A stretch of 64,000 nucleotides of DNA from Eledone cirrhosa. Lineage: Eukaryota. The notes under the pieces are model-generated. The model did no database searches. It saw only the letters and a list, made by a program, of their open reading frames with translations, and was not told the origin of the DNA. Position numbers and translations under genes: made by a program. This document shows, piece after piece, positions 57,060 through 64,000 of this stretch (within the stretch, counting starts at the first letter, position 1; the number at the start of each line of letters is the position of its first letter). The stretch spans positions 34,100,001-34,164,000 of the forward strand of contig OZ024760.1 of assembly GCA_964016885.1 (NCBI GenBank). The letters are read 5' to 3'.

Positions 57060-57502
57060 ATTTTATTCTGAAACCAACGCTATCACTTTACAGAGCGTAC
57101 TGGGTGCATTATATGGTAGCAGCAACACTTCCTCTTTACAGAGTGTACTGGGTATATTTTATCATGGCACCAGCACTACCACTTTACAGAGTGTACTGGG
57201 TGTATTTTATCATGTCACCAACACTACCACTTTACAGAGTGGACTGGGTGTATTTTATCATAACACCAACACTATCACTTTACAGAGTATACTGGGTGTA
57301 TTTTATCATAACACCAACACTATCACTTTACAGAGTGTACTGGGTGTATTTTACCATGACACCAACACTACCACTTTACAGGGTGGACTGGGTGTATATT
57401 ATCATGGCACCAACACTACCACTTTACAGAGTGTACTGGGTGTATTTTATCATAACACCAACACTACTACTTTACAGAGTGTACTGGGTGTATTTTATGA
57501 TG
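57060..57502. repeat. 48-bp intronic minisatellite (~9 copies)
   Basis: Unit ACTTTACAGAGTGTACTGGGTGTATTTTATCATAACACCAACACTACC. Single-copy relatives at ~48665-48725 and ~55810-55870. Confidence 0.9.
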
Positions 57503-57605
57503 GTGCAGTTATTATATAGATTTATGTCTAAATAAGATCCACCATAATTTCAATGTCTCTTTTTTGTTTTAGCTTTTTTCAACAACTTTCTGTTTGTTAT
57601 CTTTA

Positions 57606-57831
57606 TTAACTTTTAATATCCTGTAATGACTGAGCAGAAAATATCTAAAAATAGGCCTGTTAATTTAAATATTTATAGTATTTTCACTGGTGGACAGGTC
57701 ATTGGGAAAATTTACTGTAAACTAAAGTCTTTACTTTAATTTTCAAGGCAATGCAGTCATAGTGCTGTTTTATAATATTCAAAATTGTCGTTGCTAATGC
57801 TGTTTTATGTGGTACAGGATATTAAGTGTTG
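57606..57831. mobile_element. MITE with TTAA-type termini
   Basis: TTAACTTTTAATATCCTGTA...TACAGGATATTAAGTGTT. Related pieces at ~55877-56051, ~56765-56960 and ~45880-46010(-). Confidence 0.6.
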
Positions 57832-57850
57832 CTATCAACTTTTATTGTAG

Positions 57851-58222
57851 TTCAATGTTGCTTCGACATTACTTGACGGAACAATGAGCCCAGAGAGTTA
57901 CACTTCGGGACATCACTCCAGACCAAAGTTGAAGACTCTTCTAGAAAAATGTCATTTATTTAGAAAAAAAGACAATATAGCAAACTTTAACAGAATGTAT
58001 GTTGAAGTAATTATTACCTTAACTAATAACAAGGTGTATAGAGGTCGTTGTGATACACCTTATGGCCATTGGCGGAAGCCTTTGTCAGACATTGATGTCC
58101 AGCGGAAATTTCTCAGTAACACAAAATCTCTTCCGACAGATGTTTCTGAAGCCATCATTCACTCAGTGGTGGGTTCATCAAAAAACTCAATAGAAGAAAT
58201 TTTAACCTTGTTGAAATACTGA
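57851..58222 (+). CDS. ACOD1: Cis-aconitate decarboxylase, last coding exon
   Basis: tttattgtag acceptor, phase 0. Encodes FNVASTLLDG...DNIANFNRMYVEV...CDTPYGHWRKPLS...KFLSN...LLKY-TGA. Total CDS is 1419 nt (472 aa). Confidence 0.95.
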   Translation, partial: FNVASTLLDGTMSPESYTSGHHSRPKLKTLLEKCHLFRKKDNIANFNRMYVEVIITLTNNKVYRGRCDTPYGHWRKPLSDIDVQRKFLSNTKSLPTDVSEAIIHSVVGSSKNSIEEILTLLKY

Positions 58223-58274
58223 TTTAGTTAACAATGCAACATCAACATTTGAGGATGTGTATTTTAAACCTTTA

Positions 58275-58483
58275 TCATTTACATTACTCTACATTTACTA
58301 TTATATTTTCACGGTAAAGACCTTACCTCACATAATATCTCACTTAACATTTACAATTACTCTATATATACCATTATATTTTCACGGTAAAGGCCTTACC
58401 TCACATAATATCTCACTTAACATTTACATTACTCTATATATACTATTATATTTTCACGGTAAAGGCTTTATCTCACATAATAT
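58275..58483. repeat. ~72-bp tandem triplication just 3' of the ACOD1 stop
   Basis: TTATATTTTCACGGTAAAG(G/A)CCTTACCTCACATAATATC occurs three times. Confidence 0.8.
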
Positions 58484-58518
58484 CGAATCTATGAGATTTT
58501 GATATTATTTATTTTGAG

Positions 58519-59405
58519 AACAACAGCCCGAATTACGCCGTACAGTGTTTGGAAACCATCGTCGCCTTTTTGTTCAACACTGACACAGGAACGATGTACT
58601 AGTTTCAAGCTTATTAGCTATCGTCAGCATCGTATACCTTTCTGTCAGATGATTGAACGTTTGAAAGTATATACTTTCCTTATGCATATTAACGGCTGAG
58701 CAGCCTAATTTTCATATCGAGTGAGTTAGTCGGCGAACCGAAATCGAATACCTTTCTGTCAGATGATTGAACGTTTGGTTGCCAAACACTGTACGGCGTA
58801 ATTCGGGCTGTTTGTTTACAAACAAACCGAACATTATAATAAACGTTCGGTAAACCCATACGTGCATATATATATATATATATGTACATGTATGTTTATA
58901 TATACATACTACTGTACGTCTGTATACATATATGTATGTACGTGTACATACTTACATTTAAGTATCAACCGTACTAAGAGTGAGAAATGAAATTTCGTTT
59001 CATCTTTTTCCATTTATCGTTTTCGGTTCGCCCGGCCGACTAACTCACTCGATATCCAACTTAGGCTGCTCAGCCGTTAATATGCATAAGGAAAGTATAT
59101 ACTTTCAAACGTTCAATCATCTGACAGAAAGGTATACGTTGCTGACGATAGCTAATAAGCTTGAAACTAGTGCATCGTTCCTGTGTCAGTGTTGAAAAAA
59201 AAAGAAAAAGGCGACGATGGTTGCCAAACACTGTACGGCGTAATTCGGGCTGTTTGTTTACAAACAAACCGAACATTATAATAAATGTTCGGTAAACCGA
59301 TACGTGCATATATATATATATATATATATATGTGTACATGTATATATATACATACTACTGTACGTCTGTATACATATATGTATGTACGTGTACATACTTA
59401 CATTT
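58519..59405. repeat. Composite inverted plus direct duplication of a dispersed repeat
   Basis: 58519-58742 is inverted against ~59023-59255. ~58778-58958 is repeated directly at ~59218-59405. Homologous sequence also occurs at ~30030-30190 and ~60000-60035. Confidence 0.8.
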
Positions 59406-59475
59406 ATTATTATTATATATATATATATACACAATGATATTAAATAAATGGAAACTATATTTATAAAACCATATT

Positions 59476-59538
59476 TATTTTATTATATATATTTCAAGGG
59501 TACCAAAACACATTGGTACGCTTTCCTCAGATAAAATA
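59476..59538 (-). ncRNA. Type I hammerhead ribozyme motif
   Basis: Minus strand: TATTTTAT-CTGAGGA-AAG C GTACCAA tgtgtt TTGGTAC C CTT-GAAA-TATATA-TA-ATAAAATA. Confidence 0.78.
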
Positions 59539-60465
59539 CAAAATTTGTTTTATAAATAGAGACATACTCAGAAAAATCATACCTTATCAGTTTATTCTCT
59601 GGATAGTGGAAATGTATTAGGGATGTTTCAAACTTATGGGTGAATATGCAAATGAATATGTAAATAATTGAAAAATAACCGTTTATTTAAACGACTATGG
59701 AGAGAGAGAAGAGAGAAGATAAGAAGGACAAAATAGTGAGAGAGAGAGATAGAAGAAGGAAAAAAGCTCATATAATGTTAATTTGAAGGAAATATATTCG
59801 AACAATTGTCTATGTATATATTTAAGTATGTGTATTTATATTAAAGGGATATTTTACGATTATTAGTTGTTTAAAATTTGTTTATAATATAATATTTTTC
59901 TTCTGTTATAAGTAGATAAATAAATGAATAAATAAATAAATAAATAAATAAATAGATGGGTATATCATGTTATAGATAATTGTTCTAATGAGTTTGTATT
60001 TTATAAACGTTCGGTAAACCCAGACGTGCATATATATAAAGAATCGCTGCTTTCACCCTTAACGGGATCTTCTGAAACTAAACAAATCAATCTGTGAACG
60101 CAGAAGTAAATATTTCGAAAAACGTTGCAACCGAAGGAAAACAGGAAGACGATACTTTGGTTCGTGAAGACGTTTTCGTGCAGTCAGTCAGACATACAGA
60201 CAGATATTACAAGGGCGCGACGTTATAGCTATGTATCTATCTAAAAAGACAGACTTAATGCGGTCCCTAGGGCATAGAAAATTTGAAATATGTTTTGCTC
60301 AAAACACTCACAGGACCATAAGTATTACATATGTAAAGTTTGAAAAAACTCGGTTGGGTGGTTCTCGAGGTTTAGGGAGACAGATAGACAGACATTCTCT
60401 GTTTTAGATTTTAGATAATTACAATTATAATTTAATGAGTTATCTCCCTTGAAAGTTTCATTATT

Positions 60466-60989
60466 ATGAGTTACAAATCCCGCCGAGGTTAACTTTGCCT
60501 TTCATCCTTACGGGGTCGATAAAATAAAGTACCAGTAATGTACTGGGTAATTGCTGGCCTTGTGCCAAAAGTAGAAACAATTATTATGAGTTACCGGTGA
60601 ATTGGCTGTATCGGTAGAGGGTCGGACGCCATGCTTTCCAGCATAGTTACGTCCCTTTATGGTCTGAGTTCAAATCCCGTCGAGGTCAACTTTTCCTTTC
60701 ATCCTTACGGGGTCGATAAAATAAAGTACCAGTAATGTACTGGATATTTGCTGGCCTTGTGCCAAAAGTAGAAACAATTATTATGAGTTACCGGTGGATT
60801 GGCAGTATCGGTAGAGGGTCGGACGCCATGCTTTCCAGCATAGTTACGTCCCTTTAAAATCTGAGTTCAAATCCTGCCGAGGTTGACTTTGCCTTTCATC
60901 CTTACGGGGTCGATAAAATAAAGTACCAGTAATGCACTGGTTAATTGCTGGCCTTGTGCCTAAAGTAGAAACAATTATTATGAGTTACC
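60466..60989 (+). mobile_element. Head-to-tail array of SINE family B (1 partial plus 2 full ~196-bp units)
   Basis: Units are joined by ATTATTATGAGTTAC. The array is bracketed by ATGAGTTA(T/C)CTCCCTTGAA at ~60435 and ~60980. Confidence 0.85.
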
Positions 60990-61522
60990 TCCCTTGAATA
61001 TACTATTTTAATGACAAATTATTTCAAATGTTGGCACAAGGCCAGCAATTTTGTCGCCAGAGCACGAGAGAATTAAGTTGACTGGTTACGTTATGCTATC
61101 GAGACTGGTAGGATGAAAGTTAAAGATGACGTTGGCAGAACTCTGAGAATGTGAAGATCCCTAACGTAAAGATCCCTAAATATTTTGCCCGAAGACTTTA
61201 CCAATTCTACTAATTCACCAACCCGGTCAATATAATGTGGTGAAGTGGCAGAATGGTTAAAACGTTGAAGGCAACACTTTGTGTTGCAGCTCTTTATGTT
61301 TTGAGTTCAATTCCCGGTGAGGTCAACATCACCTTCAATCTTTTCAAGGTCAGTAAATATATACACAAGTCGAGTACTGGTGTCACTCATCCCCCCTCTC
61401 TCTCCCTCCCCCCTCTCTCTCTCTCTAAGAAGAAGAAAAATAAATCAGCTGTGTTCACCTTTAGTGAGGGATGGGCGCCATTAGGTTTAAATTCCCAAGA
61501 CATGCCACATATATATATATGC

Positions 61523-62935
61523 ATGATATTCCTATATATCCCTATAATGTCCCTATATATCACTATAATGTCCCTATATATCCCTTATAATGTCCCTATA
61601 TATCACTATGATGTCCCTATATATCACTATAATGTCCCTAAATATCACTATAATGTCCCTATATATCACTATAAAGTCCCTATATAACACTATAATGCCC
61701 CTATATATCACTATAATGTCCCTATATAACACTATGATGTCCCTATATATCACTATGATATCCCTATATATCCCTATAATGTCCCTATATATCACCATAA
61801 TGTCCCTATATATCACTATAATATCCCTATATATCGCTATAATGTCCCTATATATCACTATAATGTCCCTATATAACACTATGATGTACCTATATATCAC
61901 TATAATGTCCCTATATATCACTATAATGTCCCTATATATCACTATAATATCCCTATATAACACTATGATGTCCCTATATATCACTATAATGTCCCTATAT
62001 AACACTATGATGTCCCTATATATCACTATAATGTCCCTATATATCACTATAATGTCCCTATATAACACTATGATGTCCCTATATATCACTATAATGTCCC
62101 TATATAACACTATGATGTCCCTATATATCACTATGATATCCCTAAATATCACTATAATATCCCTATGTATGCCTATAATGTCTCTAAATATCACTATAAT
62201 GTCCCTATATATCACTATAATGTCCCTATATACCACTATAATGTCCCTATATATCACTATAATGTCCCTATATCCCTATAATGTCTCTAAATATCACTAT
62301 AATGTCCCTATATATCACTCTAATGTCCCTATATCCCTATAATGTCCCTATATAACACTATGATGTCCATATATATCACTATGATATCCCTAAATATCAC
62401 TATAGTGTCCCTATATATCACTATAATGTCCCTATATATCACTATAAGGCCCCTATATATCACTATGATATCCCTATATATCACTATAATGTCCGTATAT
62501 ATCACTATGATATCCCTATATATCACTATGATGTCCCTATATATCACTATAATGTCCCTATATATCACTATAATGCCCCTATACCTATATATCACTATAA
62601 TGTCCCTATATATCACTATGATGTCCCTATATATCACTATAATGTCCCTATATAACACTATGATATCCCTATATATCACTATGATGTCCCTATATATATC
62701 ACTATAATGTCCCTATATATCACTATAATGTCCCTATATATCACTATAATGCCTCTATATATCACTATAATGTCCCTATATATCCATATAATGTCCCTAT
62801 ATATCACTATGATATCCCTATATATCACTATGATATCCCTATATATCACTATATTGTCCCTATATATCACTATGATATCCCTATATATCACTATGATATC
62901 CCTATATATCGCTATATTGTCCCTATATATCCACC
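61523..62935. repeat. 21-bp minisatellite (~66 copies)
   Basis: Unit AATGTCCCTATATATCACTAT. Confidence 0.96.
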
Positions 62936-63058
62936 ATGATTTAAATTAATGTTATATATTTAACCAGATCCCAGTGTGGACTGTCCATCATAAACTTTAT
63001 CTCGGAATATGTTGTTAAGGTATGTTCCAAACACCAGCTCATTCATGTTTACTAAATG

Positions 63059-64000
63059 TTTCACTAGAAATATAGCAAAGAAAGGGTTAATGACATAGAC
63101 AGTGTCTTTCATTAGAAATATGGTAATGAAAGGGTTAATGACATAGACAGTGTCCTTCATTAGTAATATGGTAATGAAAGGATTAATGACATAGACAGTG
63201 TCCTTCATTAGTAATATGGTAATGAAAGGATTAATGACATAGACAGTGTCTTTCATTAGAAAAATGGTAATGAAAGGGTTAATGACATAGACAGTGTCTT
63301 TCATTAGAAATATGGTAATGAAAGGATTAATGACATAGACAGTGTCTTTCATTAGAAATATGGTAATGAAAGGGTTAATGACATAGACAGTGTCTTTCAT
63401 TAGAAATATGGCAATGAAAGGATTAATGACATAGACAGTGTCATTCATTAGAAATATGGTAATGAAAGGATTAATGACATAGACAGTGTCTTTCATTAGA
63501 AATATGGTAATGAAAGGGTTAATGACATAGACAATGTCTTTCATTAGAAATATGGTAATGAAAGGATTAATGACATAGACAGTGTCCTTCATTAGTAATA
63601 TGGTAATGAAAGGATTAATGACATAGACAGTGTCTTTCATTAGAAATATGGTAATGAAAGGATTAATGACATAGACAATGTCTTTCATTAGAAATATGGT
63701 AATGAAAGGATTAATGACATAGACAATGTCTTTCATTAGAAATATGGTAATGAAAGGGTTAATGACATAGACAGTGTCTTTCATTAGAAATATGGTAATG
63801 AAAGGGTTAATGACATAGACAGTGTCTTTCATTAGAAATATGGTAATGAAAGGATTAATGACATAGACAATGTCTTTCATTAGAAATATGGTAATGAAAG
63901 GATTAATGACATAGACAATGTCTTTCATTAGAAATATGGTAATGAAAGGGTTAATGACATAGACAGTGTCTTTCATTAGTAATATGGTAATGAAAGGATT
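63059..64000. repeat. 48-bp minisatellite, runs off the window end
   Basis: Unit TTTCATTAGAAATATGGTAATGAAAGG(G/A)TTAATGACATAGACAGTGTC. Confidence 0.96.

Noticed and set aside
61574-63976. YRDIIVI, MSLYITI and MKDTVYVINPFITIFL repeat ORFs
   Set aside because: They are translations of 21-bp and 48-bp minisatellites.

Overview
AT-rich, microsatellite- and SINE-rich animal DNA; the repeat landscape suggests a coleoid cephalopod such as octopus (inference only). 1-29.2 kb is satellite: a 57-bp array, then about 27 kb of a 19-bp satellite that switches orientation four times. All ORF-track calls there are repeat artefacts. 34.8-58.2 kb holds two spliced genes arranged head-to-head. On the minus strand is a 4-exon PhyH-family Fe(II)/2-oxoglutarate dioxygenase (261 aa, intact). 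On the plus strand is a cis-aconitate decarboxylase ACOD1/IRG1 orthologue (about 472 aa, all catalytic residues present) whose first coding intron starts TTAAGT instead of GTAAGT. Introns and flanks contain a deleted mariner, a truncated RTE LINE, a Penelope GIY-YIG remnant with kb-scale inverted repeats, SINEs and MITEs. There are also eight intact-looking and two degenerate type I hammerhead ribozyme motifs. These share a palindromic stem III and a C-Y mismatch in a long stem II, and five lie upstream of an ACTCC...TTGAGTGCT-like motif. Further minisatellites end the window.
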